From the NCBI GenBank assembly GCA_964016885.1, contig OZ024741.1:57102001-57166000 (forward strand): a stretch of DNA of 64,000 bases. The letters are read 5' to 3'. The stretch comes from Eledone cirrhosa (lineage: Eukaryota). The notes below the pieces were generated by a model. The model was given only the letters and a program-made list of their open reading frames with translations. It searched no databases and had not been told where the DNA came from. A program made the position numbers and the translations under genes. How positions within the stretch are numbered: the first letter of the stretch is position 1; each line of letters starts with the position of its first letter. Positions 25,746-38,686 of this stretch are shown here, in pieces.

Positions 25746-25971
25746 ATGTCCTAGTGGTAAGGGTGTTGGACTTACGATCACAATGTCATGGGTTCGATTT
25801 CTGGGCTGTGTTGCGTGTTATGTTCTTGAGAAAAACACTTCATTTCACATTGCTCCAGTATACCCAGCTGAAAATGAGTACCAACAATAACTGGGGGTTT
25901 AACCATGCGATGGTCTAGCGTCCTGTCCAGGGGGGAGCCTTGTACTCTCAGTCGCTTGAAATAGACTTTAG
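25746..25971 (+). mobile_element. SINE family B
   Basis: CCTAGTGGTAAGGG head, GGTTCGATTTC box, TTGCTCCAGT..ACCCAGCTG body. Homologous to 39158-39430. Confidence 0.75.
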
Positions 25972-26129
25972 ATATATTTCAAAGATAATAGAAGGCGGAT
26001 TCCAAATATTCTTTTAATATTGGAAAAATCACAATACGTATTTCTATGGCCTGCTTACACCATGAGGTCATTTCTTATAACTAGCAACACCACCAGGCGT
26101 AAATTACAAAGATTGAGCAATCAATTACA

Positions 26130-26625
26130 GGTCTGCGGCGAACACAAACAGAGACGGCATACCATTCAGTGTTACTGCTATAACGAACCGCCTCCGAATG
26201 CTGCACACTCGGAAATGTAAGCATTGTACGTTCTTAGACGCGACCAAGGAGGGTAGAGGTTGTTTGGCGGCGACAAAAATTCTACTCTCCTCAGATAATG
26301 CTACGCTATTAATCAGAACCATTTGTGAGCCTCGCGAGAAGGAATGACTCTTCCAGCGCATCTCCCTTGCCATCCTCCGGGGAAACGCCTTCTCCATTCT
26401 GTCCGCCGGAGGTGTGGGGCGGCCAGCACGTGGGACCCCATTTGCTCACAATACAGAGAGGTGGGGAGGGCGAGAGAGATGGAGGCGATGACAGTGGGAG
26501 TTCGGCTTCTCCGTGTTCGGACACATTGTACCTGTCATGTGGATCATTTGATAATTTCATTTTACTTATTTGTCTGCCGCTCAAACAGGCCAGGGGTGCT
26601 AAATATTGTGGCAGAATCGCTTAAA
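26130..26625. repeat. GC-richer dispersed repeat (unclassified TE), homologous to 1570-1752
   Basis: Shares ~180 bp with 1570-1752 in the opposite orientation. Confidence 0.55.
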
Positions 26626-26917
26626 GGGGATAAATGATACAAATTTAAAAGATTGTAAAAATGACAAACCAGAGATATATAATTATAACGGTAAAAAAAT
26701 TATTAAAGTAAAAAAAAAAATTGAAGATTATAAAGAGTTATGAAAAGTATGAAAAGTATAAGGTTACGAAAAGTGGATAATTATCATAATTCTAATGTAA
26801 GTGATTAGTTAAAAGTAAGCAATTAATTAATGGGTAAGTAAACTTATTCGTGTGCATATGAGTGCTTGTATTGCGAAAGAACTTCAATGATATGGCGTTC
26901 CCACGAGACTAACGTAA

Positions 26918-27288
26918 CAGTCCTCTCGAGTCCAGCAGAATACGTGAGAGGATTCCTGCGACCGACTATATTCGATATTCGCGGTTCCCGTTATTCGCGG
27001 GATTTTCCTCAGAACATAACTAATAATTGTTCGTGGAAACCACGGCATATTCGTAGAATCGTAAATATCTTCCGTGATTTTTTTAAGGCTTTTTTTCGTG
27101 ACAATATATATTTTTCACGTTTTTTAACGCTAAATGATTAATAACAATATACCGTATTTGCCGGCCTATATTTTACGCTATGTTTTAACGTTTATAGGCA
27201 TTTTTATGGACCACGTCCAATATTCGCGGTTTTTCTGTCTTCGCTGTACTGTAGAAACGTAACCCCCGCGAATACTGGGGGACTACTG
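26918..27288. mobile_element. Tigger-derived MITE (degenerate)
   Basis: Right end AACCCCCGCGAATACTGGGGGACTACTG-TA. Repeated internal ATTCGCGG motifs. Left end uncertain. Confidence 0.55.
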
Positions 27289-28343
27289 TATTGAAAAAAA
27301 GGGAAATTTTTCGAACGTTATGTTCAATTTATTCTAAGCGCTCAAGGGTAAAGGAATAGATCCCGGCATCCAGCAGGTAACTCACCCAGGTGGTGTAACA
27401 GATACCTGAGAAGAAGAAGAAGGCGGCGGCGACGACGACGACGACGAAGAAGAAGATAATGATTAACATTTGTGGTACGATAGAATATATACACTTATAA
27501 TAAAGGTTAGAGGTAAATAAATTACATAGAGGGAATAATTATAATAATTATAGTAGATAATTATAATTACAGTATAGTTGATAATTATAATTATAGTATA
27601 GTTGATAATAATAAGTATAGCATAGCAGATAATTATAATTATACTACAGTGGATAATTATAATTATAGTATAGTTGTAATAAATGTAAGTCAATAGTTGA
27701 AAATGATTAATTGACGAAGTCGGTAGTTGATATTGGGTCGTGTCATATCAAAGATTATCAATTATATATGGAATATAATATAAAAGGTATAATATAAAAT
27801 ATAAAATAAATCAAGGTATCAATCTAAAGTATATGCCATAATATACAATATATAATATATACTACCTAGAGTAGGTATTGTAATACAAATGGATAATAAA
27901 GAGGAATTATATAAGGTAAATAAATTATGAAGAGCGGATGATTATAATGAATAATAAATGTGGGTAATTAGTTGAAGAGAGTAAGTGATTAGGTAATGAT
28001 ATGGAGTCCATATGAAAACAAATGATATCAGGAATTTACAAATTATATATGAAATATAAAATAAAATATTATGTAAGCTATAAGACGATAAACAAAATAT
28101 GTTTTCGCTCTAACATGATTCATGAGTGAATAATGATAATATTGCTATAATGATAATTTCTCTTAGCTTCCGCTGGAACAAAAGGGTGATGTGATCATCT
28201 AGAAAACACACATGGTGTTAATGAGGCTGCTTGCTTTCAAACAAACTGAATATTAATAATATTATTATTATAATATGATTATAATAATATTATTATTCAC
28301 TGACGAATACATATAAGATGATACATAACACCAAAATATGAAA

Positions 28344-28508
28344 TAGTCATGGGCAAACTGCGACACACGAGCCGCATGCGGCCCGTTTGGCCTTCTGAAT
28401 GGCACGCCTAATTCCAAAATTGCCTTGAATTTTTTTGGTAGTGCGGCCCGCCATATGATAAGCCACACCCTATGCGGCCCACTGCACGTAAAGAGTTGCC
28501 CATGTCTG
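28344..28508. mobile_element. hAT (Charlie-like) MITE
   Basis: TAGTCATGGGCAAACT / AGTTGCCCATGTCTG, with internal TGCGGCCC repeats. Confidence 0.75.
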
Positions 28509-29259
28509 GTATAAAACATAAAAGTTATAAAAAGACTATATAATATCAAGTAGATACATCGAGACAACATAGAGGGGACATATAATTTACAAACTATATA
28601 TAAAATACAATATAGAAAAAAATATAATGTACTCTCAAGTCTTGAATAACCCCCCCCCCCCCCCCTCCTCCTTTTCGCTTATTAAATTTTGCTATTCTAT
28701 CTCCGGCAAAATTTCATTGTAAATGATTCATATTGATACAACAGCTGGAGAATCTAATAATAATTTTTATTTTACGTTAGAAAACCTTATATATGACCAA
28801 AAAAAGAACATTACAAGAAATCCCATATTTACGAACGTACGATTACCGATTTCCTAAACACCCGTTTTTTCCACACCCTCACAACTCCACTTATAAGATT
28901 TAAGCAAATGCCCCCCTCCAGCTTATTCCATCCCACCCATTATTATATGGGACAGAAGAGTAAAACATACTACAAATACCTGGTAGATAACACCAAAGCA
29001 TAAAGGTATAAAACATATTATGTATAGTCATATAGCATCACTAAGCTGCATCAGGACAACACAAAGGACCCATCTAATATCTCGTTGATTCATAAAGACA
29101 CTTGTAGTCGTGTACGATCGGGTTGATGCTTTTAGGCAAAATCTAGTCAGGCAGGTCACTTTGGCCCAGGGTGGGGGTTCATCTTATCATATTTGTCGGT
29201 GTCAATACATTTTATAGTATTCGAGAGAAACTTTCCAGAGAGAAATTAATTCATGTCTA

Positions 29260-31991
29260 AACATTTCTCTCACGGAACGATATAAAGCAAGAATCTATAT
29301 ATATAATATTAAATAAAGAGAAATCAAATAATGAAATATTCGTGCTATTGGTGAAATTGAATGAATATTTAAAACGAGTAGAAACCCCTACATTTTGGCA
29401 TATCAACGTCTGTTTATATGTCCTGGCAACGACAGTGAAACATAATCTTGGTGATAACAGATATATTAACAAAACCAAAACACCACAAAAAAATGCCATA
29501 TTACAAAAGTATAATAAAAAGATTGTTGACCTACAGAGAAATATAGGATATGCGCAAACAAAAACAAACAAAAACCTACACTCCTCACCAACAAATAGTG
29601 AAAAATAAAATGAAACGAAGTTTGGAGACAGTACAACCAGAACTCTTCAATACAGGCTGATCCCCCCTCAAACAGGAATTGAGAGCTGTCAGCGAGAAAC
29701 TTCGTAACCAGAAGAGGGTAGATGAAAGAAAAATAATTAATAAAAGATTCAGCCGAAACCAAGCATCAGTTTTTAGAGATATGAAGGGCAAAGTAATAAA
29801 TATTACTGAGGCCCCATCCCAGAAAGACATAGATTCCTGTTGGAGAAAAATATGGGGGGAAAAGAAGAATTTCAACCAAGATGTAGTATGGCTAAAAGAA
29901 ATCCAAAAGAACTATTGTTCCTACACTACAACAAAAACATACAGTTCAATGAGGATACCCTTGAGACTGTGATAGGAAAACTCCAAGATAAGAAAACACC
30001 AAGAAGAGACTTGATTGTCGGCTACCAGTACAAAAAAAATGATATTCTATCCGATGCATCTTATCAACCTCTACCAGCAAGCTCTCAAGGGATATACACA
30101 TATACATGGGTTGTATTTTCACTAATAAAATAAAAGATCGTAGGGGTATATTTCAAAGAGTCAGTCTCTCTGTGTTTCTTTTTATTTTGTCATTAAACCA
30201 CTTGTCCTTTCTGCTCAAGAAATGTGAAGGATACATAATTGGCTCACAGGAGGAGAGAGATACAAACCTAACCCATAGCTTCTTTGTAGATGACTTGAAG
30301 CTATGTGCCAAGAACATTAATAGGATGAAGAAAAAAACGTTGGCCTGGTTACGACGTTCTCGAAGGATATATGAATGGAGTTTGGCTAGGATAAATGTTC
30401 GTATATGATTATAAAGCGGGGAAAAATTACAACCCAGTCTAGCAACATTTTTATTAATAGCTTAACTGTTTCACCAACATCTGAATATTACACCCGATTA
30501 ACAAAAATATAGTCATCTGAAATCTCTGCGCATAATAAAACAGTGACTCAAAATGTGTTTGCTGTGCCTGTCCTAACACCAACGCTTGGAATACTCGATT
30601 GGACGATAGATGAAATCAGAGCTGTCGATGATAAAACACGGAAATCTGCGTACCAATAGTGACGTAGACCGCCTCTACCTGAAACGTAAACATGGAGACA
30701 ACGGCATAACATCAATCCAGACAGCATTTGAGTGTCGCATCATATCCGTTCCATGAGCATCTACGAACCACCAAGTTTAGGGGCCCATCTATTGAGCAAG
30801 ACTGTCTACATGAGACAGATAAGATCATGAGAGTTGGGAAGGAGCTCCTTGAGAAATACTCCCTGCATGATATTCAAAAAGTCACGTATTGAATTCATGG
30901 ATCAAAAAGTGCATACTTATCAGTGTAATCTTTCATGGATATGTTGCCAGGAGGTTCCACAGTGAGAGTAATATAGATAAGCACAGTAGTCTATCTTGGT
31001 CCAACGGCTGCTATATTAGCTCTCAATTTGAAGGATATGCTATTGCAATCCAAGATCAGGAAATCAATACAAATTATCTGATTCCCAAAAGAGATAGGGG
31101 TGCAGGCAAACAGCTAGGTGTGACAAAAAATGCAGATTCAGCAGAATTAGCATCGAAAATGTCATCACGGTACTGTCTACCTATGAGGCATGATGTAGTG
31201 GCCAAAACACTGTACAATGCAATCCGTAGAAAAGATAGTCCCGATAATAAACACATTAAATGTTACAGCAATGTGGAAGACATACACACGCATAATATGA
31301 AAGAATACTGGTGGAATGTTCCAGTCAAAACCCCGATAAAATGCTAACACAACAAGCCAGATGTAGTGATATGGGACAGGGAAAAGAAGGCATGCACAGT
31401 AGTGGAAGTCAGCTACCCAGCAGATGCCAATATAATATCAAAGATTAGCCAAAAGGGCAATACCTATGCAGAACTAATGAGAAAACTGCAGATACTGAAC
31501 CCTGACTATACCTTCAGATTTATGCCTGTGATTATTGGGGCACTGGGATATGTTAGTAACTGCCTCAATACAAATCTTGAGAAGCTAGGCTTCACAGAAA
31601 CAGAAAGAACACAACTGGTTAGGAAATTACAAGTACGATCCATTAATGGAACAGTAAAAATATGTAAAACATTCCAAATATTCTGCATGTAATAACAGCA
31701 TGTACACACGTACAGATACGAAACATATACACATGCAAACATATAACACAAAACATACAGACCCACACATACAATATCATCCATACCTGCACACACACAA
31801 ACAAACAAACACACATACACACATACGCATGCAGACATATTCACCTAGTAGATGTCTCAATTCCAATGAAAGAATCTTGTGTGTATGTTAGAAACCATAT
31901 CTCCCCCCTCACTCTCTCTCTTTCTCTCCTTCTCTCTCCTCCCTCTCTCTTTCTCTCTTGGAAAACATTTATAAAATAATGAAACCAGAAA
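29260..31991 (+). mobile_element. Degenerate Dong/R4-like RLE non-LTR retrotransposon, family 2
   Basis: Fragments RRGIFQ..SLSVFLFILSLN, HSFFVDDLKL, AIQDQEINT, MRHDVVAK, KPD.VIWD..K.C.VVEVS, PVIIGALG. Many frameshifts. Confidence 0.88.
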
Positions 31992-32006
31992 AACATATAT
32001 ACATAC

Positions 32007-32488
32007 ATGTTGGCTGCCAACTCGTTTTCGAGTACGGCCACTACTTTATATCCATGTAGGAGAACCCCTACCGATGCGCTGAACGAGTGTGACTTTTTAG
32101 TCTAGCCAGCGACTTGAAAACTCTGGTACAAACACTACACTTGTGACAATTATTGACACATAATGCTGGGCCCATGGTACCATGTGACGACAAGTGCAGA
32201 GAGATCTCCAGATATAAAGCAATGCCTGCGCCGTGAAGCTTTTATAGTGAGCAAAGGCACTGCACAAAGCCAGTCCCACTCTCTTAACCAAGATGATATT
32301 TACCAAAAAGAAGAACAAGTCAACATCATTGGATACCATCAGGGTTGCAGGTGTTATATCAGAGTTTTCCTTCTCCTAGAATTCTGCCTTGACAAAGGCT
32401 AAGGGGTCATCTCTTTCCCGGTGATTTTGGATGGCCATTGACTCTTAAGAGCTCCTTTGCCCTTTGACATGTTTTATTTTTAGTCCTG
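32007..32488 (-). mobile_element. 5'-truncated copy of the (TACA)n-associated non-autonomous element
   Basis: Near-identical to 37048-37528. Confidence 0.85.
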
Positions 32489-32670
32489 CATACATACATA
32501 CATAAATATATACATGCATACATAAATATATACATACATAAATACATATATACATACATATATACATCCGTACATACATACTATACCATACATACATACA
32601 TACATACATACATACATACATACATACATACATACATACATACATACATACATGATACATACATACATAC

Positions 32671-35295
32671 ATTGCAGGAGATTTTAACGGACACGTAGGT
32701 AAACACTGCGACGGCTTCAATAGAGTACATGGAGGCCATGGAGTTGACACAAGGAATGAGGAAGGATTCAGACTTCTAGAATTCTGCGACGCCAATGACA
32801 TGTCGATATGTAACACAAACTTTAAAAAACCCGACAACCACCTGATCACCTATAGATCAGGGGAGCACTCTAGTCAGTTAGATTTTATCCTCATCAGAGG
32901 ACGTGACAGATGGACGGTCGTAAACACAAAAGCCTTCCCTAGTGAGGAATGTACATCCCAACATAGCTTAGTTGTCAGCGACCTCACGGTCAGAACTAGA
33001 CGAACCCAGAAACAGAGGCCAACCTGGAGAAGAAAGATCTGGAAGCTGAAAGTCCCCTCAACCAGTAACAGATTTAAAGATATTTTACTCAACGCCTACG
33101 ACAGTAAAGAAGAACAGATAGAGACATTTAACGTAGAAGAGAACTGGGAGTTCCTAAAAAATAACTTACTAGAGGCGACGGATGAGGTTTGTGGCTGGAG
33201 TAAGACCTCAAGCAGGAGGAGAGTGACTTGGTGGTGGAACAATAAGGTAGATGAAGCAGTCAAGGCCAAGAGACAGGCATGGAAAGAATGGAAGAACGGG
33301 GGGAGCAGGGTACATTACATAGAGACCAAGAGGGAAGCTAGGCGACAAGTATACTTAGCTAGGAGGGAAGCAGAGGATAGAAAATTCAAGCATGTTTTAC
33401 AACGTGAGGACCAGAAACAGGAGGTATTCAAGATTGCGAGGCAGTATGTCAGAGATAGTTGTGATGTCATTGGAGAGAAGTGTATCCGGAATGATAAAGG
33501 TGAGCTTGCCCTCACAAGTGCTGAGAAGAAAGATGCATGGAAGAGTCATTATGATAGATTACTAAATGAGGAGAATGCATGGGAAGAAGAGACCCTACCC
33601 CATGTAGACCCTATAGAGGGACCAGCAGTACAAGTCAGCGGCAGCGTAGTAAGTAAGGCAATCAGAGATATGAAGATAGGGAAGGCAACCGGTCCATCGG
33701 GTATAGCTGCCGAGATGCTGAAGGCATCTGGGTCTGTAGGTCACACTATAACCACACGTATCGTTAACCAGGTAATACTAGAAGGGGTCATACCAAAAGA
33801 TTGGTGCAGTAGCATCATTGTCAACTGCTACAAAGGTAAAGGCGATGCACTAGATAGAGGAAACTATAGAGGTATAAAGTTGATGGACCAGGTCATGAAA
33901 GTAACAGAAAGAGTTATAGCACAGCTGATTAGGGACCGGGTGAATATAGACGAGATGCAATTTGGGTTTGTACCAGGGAGAGGCACCACTGATGCCCTCT
34001 TCCTTGTGAGGCAATTACAGGAAAAGTACCTAGCTAAAAGTAAGCCACTCTACTTGGCATTTGTCGACCTTGAGAAAGCCTTTGACAGAGTTCCACGTGC
34101 AGTAATCTGGTGGGCTCTTAGAAAACTAGGAGTAGATGAATGGCTTGTGAAAGCGGTACAAGCCATGTATAGGGGAGCAGTCAGCAAAGTTAGGATTAGC
34201 AATGAGTATAGCGAGGAATTTAGCGTACAGGTTGGGGTCCACCAGGGCTCTGTTCTTAGCCCTCTCCTGTTCATCATAGTCCTGCAGGCAATAACGGAGG
34301 AGTTTAAGACCGGATGTCCATGGGAACTCCTGTATGCTGATGACCTCGCACTCATAGCTGAATCTATGGTAGAACTAGAGAATAAATTCCAAACCTGGAA
34401 GCAGGGACTAGAGAGAAAGGGCCTCAAAGTCAACATGACAAAGACTAAGGTCCTTGTAAGTAGACGAGAAAACAGAACCCAGATCCCCTCAGGGAAATGG
34501 CCTTGCTCAGTATGTAGGAAAGGTGTAGGTAGGAACTCCATTCTCTTCCCCAAATGCAAACAATGGGTACACAAGAGATGTAGCGGGATCTCAGGAAGCT
34601 TAATTAAGAATGTAGGATTCACATGCAGCAGCTGTGCTGAAACAGCAAGCAAACAGCCACAGGAAACAAGTACCACCAATCTCTGGGAGGGCCCTGTAGA
34701 AACAGTAGACAGCTTCTGCTACCTAGGTGACCGAATTAGCAACGGAGGTGGGTGCTCAGAAAATACAATAACTAGGGTAAGAACGGGATGGAAGAGGTTT
34801 AGGGAACTACTACCACTGCTAGCTGCAAAAGGCTTCTCCCTCAGAATGAAAGGCAGACTGTATGATGTGTGTATCCGAACAGCGATGTTGCATGGTAGTG
34901 AGACCTGGGCGCTGAAGGTGGAAGACTTACGTAGATTAGAGAGAAACGAAGCCTGCATGCTCCGATGGATGTGTAACAGTAATATACGTGAACGACAAAG
35001 CATAAAGGAATTGAGAGAGAGACTGAGCATAAGAGGAATCAAATGCTGCGTGCAGGAGAGGCGGTTACGCTGGTATGGACATGTGATGCGTATGAAGGAT
35101 GACAGCTGCATAAAAAGGTGCAGAGCACTAGAAGTTGATGGAAACCGCGGAGTGGGGAGACCCAAGATGACTTGGAATGAGGTGATAAAAGCCGACCTTA
35201 CCCAACTACACCTCTCAAAGTCAATGACACACGACCGTGACTTCTGGCGTCACGCAGTAATACAGGGTACCCGACCTCCCATGGGTACATGCTGA
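32671..35295 (+). CDS. RTE ORF: partial AP endonuclease, reverse transcriptase and PHD-like zinc finger
   Basis: SQLDFIL, SQHSLVV, NYRGIKL, QFGF, FVDLEKAFD, GVHQGSVLSP, LLYADD, C-x2-C...WVHKRC...C-x2-C, FCYLG, RRLRWYGHV. The frame is open from 32671 and has no native start. Confidence 0.93.
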   Translation: MAGDFNGHVGKHCDGFNRVHGGHGVDTRNEEGFRLLEFCDANDMSICNTNFKKPDNHLITYRSGEHSSQLDFILIRGRDRWTVVNTKAFPSEECTSQHSLVVSDLTVRTRRTQKQRPTWRRKIWKLKVPSTSNRFKDILLNAYDSKEEQIETFNVEENWEFLKNNLLEATDEVCGWSKTSSRRRVTWWWNNKVDEAVKAKRQAWKEWKNGGSRVHYIETKREARRQVYLARREAEDRKFKHVLQREDQKQEVFKIARQYVRDSCDVIGEKCIRNDKGELALTSAEKKDAWKSHYDRLLNEENAWEEETLPHVDPIEGPAVQVSGSVVSKAIRDMKIGKATGPSGIAAEMLKASGSVGHTITTRIVNQVILEGVIPKDWCSSIIVNCYKGKGDALDRGNYRGIKLMDQVMKVTERVIAQLIRDRVNIDEMQFGFVPGRGTTDALFLVRQLQEKYLAKSKPLYLAFVDLEKAFDRVPRAVIWWALRKLGVDEWLVKAVQAMYRGAVSKVRISNEYSEEFSVQVGVHQGSVLSPLLFIIVLQAITEEFKTGCPWELLYADDLALIAESMVELENKFQTWKQGLERKGLKVNMTKTKVLVSRRENRTQIPSGKWPCSVCRKGVGRNSILFPKCKQWVHKRCSGISGSLIKNVGFTCSSCAETASKQPQETSTTNLWEGPVETVDSFCYLGDRISNGGGCSENTITRVRTGWKRFRELLPLLAAKGFSLRMKGRLYDVCIRTAMLHGSETWALKVEDLRRLERNEACMLRWMCNSNIRERQSIKELRERLSIRGIKCCVQERRLRWYGHVMRMKDDSCIKRCRALEVDGNRGVGRPKMTWNEVIKADLTQLHLSKSMTHDRDFWRHAVIQGTRPPMGTC

Positions 35296-35592
35296 AGCAT
35301 ATAAACAATATGCCCCCCCCCCCCACCGCAAGGTGGTCGTGGAGGTGTCACGGCAAAAATCACCCAGCCCACATTGTAAAGTGGACGTGTAGGCGCCACG
35401 AAAAAGCACACAGCACTCACTGTAAATGAGGTTGGTGTTAGGAAGGGCATCCAGCTGTAGAAATCAAGCCAGACCAGTTCCTGTATGAGCAAGGCATGGT
35501 CAGCCGACCAGACACTGCACACAACAGGACAACCCGTCTAACCCATGCTAGCGTGGAAGAACGGACGTAAAACGGTGATGATGATGATGATG
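32671..35592 (+). mobile_element. RTE-clade LINE, 5'-truncated, with (GAT)n tail, inserted in (TACA)n
   Basis: Starts mid-endonuclease (IAGDFNGHVG). The 3' UTR ends GGACGTAAAACG(GAT)n. (TACA)n on both sides. Confidence 0.95.
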
Positions 35593-35658
35593 ATACATAC
35601 ATACATACATACATACATACATACATACATACATACATACATACATACATACATACAT

Positions 35659-36502
35659 AGTTACGAAAACACAACTAGTTAGGAAATTACAAGTACAATC
35701 CATTAATGGAACAGTAAAAATATGTAAAACATTCCAAAAATCTGGCATCTAATAACTGCATATACACATGCACACATACAATAACATCCATATCTACACA
35801 TGCATGCATACATACATATCTACCTAGTTGATGTTGTGTAAATTCCAATGAGAGAGTCTTGTGTCTATGTTAGAAACTGACTCTCTCTCTATTGGTAAAA
35901 CTTTGTGAAATTATAAAACCAGAAGAACATACATACATACATACATACATACATACATACATACATACATACATACATACATACATACATACATACATAC
36001 ATACATACAGCAATGTGGAAGACATCCATGTACATAATATGAAAGAGTACTGGTGGAATGTTCCAGTAAAAACCCCAATAAAATGCAGGCATAACAGACC
36101 AGATATTATGATATGTGACAGGGAGAAGAAAGCATGCACAGTAGTGGAAATTAGTGGCCACCAGATGCCAATATAATATCAAAGATTAGTGAAAAGGAGA
36201 ATATTTATGCAGAACTGATGAGAAATCTGCAGATACTCCACCCTGATTACACCTTCAGATTTATGCACTGGGGTATGTTAGTAACTGCCTCAATACAAAT
36301 CTTGAGAAGCTAGACTTCATGCACACATACAACTCAAAACATCCACATCCACACATACAATAACATCCTTATCTACACATGCATACATACATATCTACCT
36401 AGTTGATGTTGTGTAAGTTCCAATGAGAGAGTCTTGTTTCTATGTTAGAAACCGACTCTCTCTCTATTGGTAAAACTTTGTGAAATTATAAAACCAGAAG
36501 AA
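35659..36502 (+). mobile_element. Two 3' fragments of Dong/R4-like family 2 (35659-35928, 36007-36502) separated by (TACA)n
   Basis: Match 31265-31990. Both end ATAAAACCAGAAGAA-(CATA)n. Confidence 0.88.
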
Positions 36503-36516
36503 CATACATACATACA

Positions 36517-36882
36517 TGGTGGCTGCCAACTCGTTTTCGAGTACGGCCACTACTTTATATCCATGTAGGAGAACCCCTACCGATGCGCTGAACGAGTGTG
36601 ACTTTTTAGTCCAGCCAGCGACTTGAAAACTCTGTAACAAACACTACACTTGTGACAATTATTGACACATAGTGCTGGGCCCATGGTACCATGTGACGAC
36701 AAGTGCAGAGAGATCTCCAGATATAAAGCAATGCCTGTGCTGTGAAGCTTTTATAGTGAACAAAGGCACTGCACAAAGCCAGTCCCACTCTCTTAGCCAA
36801 GATAATATTTACCAAAAAGAAGAACAAGTCAACATCATTGGATACCATCAGAGTTGCAGGTGTTATATCAGAGTTTTCCTTC
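36517..36882 (-). mobile_element. 5'-truncated copy of the (TACA)n-associated element
   Basis: Same shared terminus. Truncated at GAGTTTTCCTTC. Confidence 0.85.
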
Positions 36883-37047
36883 ATACATACATACATACAT
36901 ACATACATACATACATACATACATACATACATACATACATGCATGCATGCATGCATACATACATACATACATACATACATACATACATACATACATACAT
37001 ACATACATACATACATACATACATACATACATACATACATACATACA

Positions 37048-37654
37048 TGGTGGCTGCCAACTCGTTTTCGAGTACGGCCACTACTTTATATCCATGTAGG
37101 AGAACCCCTACCGATGCGCTGAACGAGTGTGACTTTTTAGTCCAGCCAGCGACTTGAAAACTCTGGTACAAACACTACACTTGTGACAATTATTGACACA
37201 TAGTGCTGGGCCCATGGTACCATGTGACGACAAGTGCAGAGAGATCTCCAGATATAAAGCAATGCCTGTGCCGTGAAGCTTTTATAGTGAGCAAAGGCAC
37301 TGCACAAAACCAGTCCCACTCTCTTAACCAAGATGATATTTACCAAAAAGAAGAACAAGTCAACATCATTGAATACCATCAGGGTTGCAGGTGTTATATC
37401 AGAGTTTTCCTTCTCCTAGAATTCTGCCTTGACAAAGGCTAAGGGGTCATCTCTCCCTGTGATTTTGGATGGCTATTGACTCTTAAGAGCCCTTTCGCCC
37501 TTTGACAGGTTTTGTTTTTAGTCCTGCAGGATGTCCAAAGCCACCCTCCTCACCAAGAAACCTTGGTGGGGTTGCCAGTTTAGTCGCCAACGACCCGACC
37601 ATGAGACAGGTTGTACTGGGATACATGTTACCAGTAGCACCAACTGGTGACCTG
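37048..37654 (-). mobile_element. Full-length ~607-bp non-autonomous retroelement, probably a bipartite RTE derivative with (GTAT)n tail
   Basis: No ORF. The reverse complement contains GCCTTTGTCAAGGCAGAATTCTAGGAGAAGGAAAACTCTGA, resembling RTE 5' UTRs. Six copies share the 3' end. Confidence 0.7.
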
Positions 37655-38029
37655 ACATACATACATACATACATACATACATACATACATACATACATAC
37701 ATACATACATACATACATACATACATACATACATACATACATACATGGACGCTATCTAACTTCACATTGTTAATGAGTAAGAATATGAATGAAGCAGCTT
37801 GTCAAACTACCTTCTTATCAAAATCATAAATATATATATATTGAAGATGACGTGTCACATATAAACCAAATGTGACATTGTAAATCTCAGAAGAATCTAA
37901 AATGCTAAACGTTGAACATAATGAATTCGTAAACAATTTACTAGAACGTATTGAGTGTAATACAGGGTGGAGTCTCTCCGTCTCTTGTAATACGAAGGCA
38001 GACTTGTCAACTCTCCCCGCCCGACGGGG

Positions 38030-38460
38030 AGATCTCCCACCCACTTTGGGATGAGTGAGAGATGTCTTCTCTTGTGAAAATGGGTATAGCTTTCATTATG
38101 TATTGGCAGTATCGGTAGAGAGTCGGACACCATGCTTTGAAGCATAGAGTTACGTCCCTTTATGATCTGAGTTCAAATCCTGCCGAGGTTAACTTTGCCT
38201 TTCATCCTTACGGGGTCGATAAAATAAAGTACCAGTAATACACTGGGTATTTGCTGGCCTTGTGCCAAAAGTAGAAACAATTATGTAAAATCTCCCCATT
38301 TCGCCTCACCCACTTTGAGGTGTGTGAGAGATGTTTTCTCTTGTGAAAATGGGTATAGCTCTCATTTTGTAAAATCTCCCCATTTCGCCTCATTTCTCCC
38401 CGTTTTAGGGCATTTGTTTTCATGGTACTCCTCGTTTGGGTTTTTGGAAGTTGGTAGGTC
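38030..38460. repeat. Unclassified dispersed repeat, locally duplicated and SINE-interrupted (SINE A at 38102-38284, TSD TTATGTA); further copy at 40789-40945
   Basis: CACCCACTTTG.G.TG.GTGAGAGATGT.TTCTCTTGTGAAAATGGGTATAG occurs three times. Confidence 0.75.
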
Positions 38461-38686
38461 TGCAAAAGACGTGTATGATTCTTACATTTCCTTATGCAGT
38501 CTTGTGAGCGGGGTAGAATGAAAGTTTATGGATTACGTTTGATAGAGTTCGTGGATAGCTTTGGAATTCTTGTTAGATATATTTACGTTCAAGTTAAGAC
38601 AACTGACGGTCTTAGTTACATATATTATTGTTGAGAATGTTATTGTTGAGGCTGTGACTTTCGAACATACCATGTCTTAAATGTGA

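Noticed and set aside
34050-35165. 209-aa and 148-aa minus-strand ORFs
   Set aside because: Antisense shadows of the RTE RT ORF.
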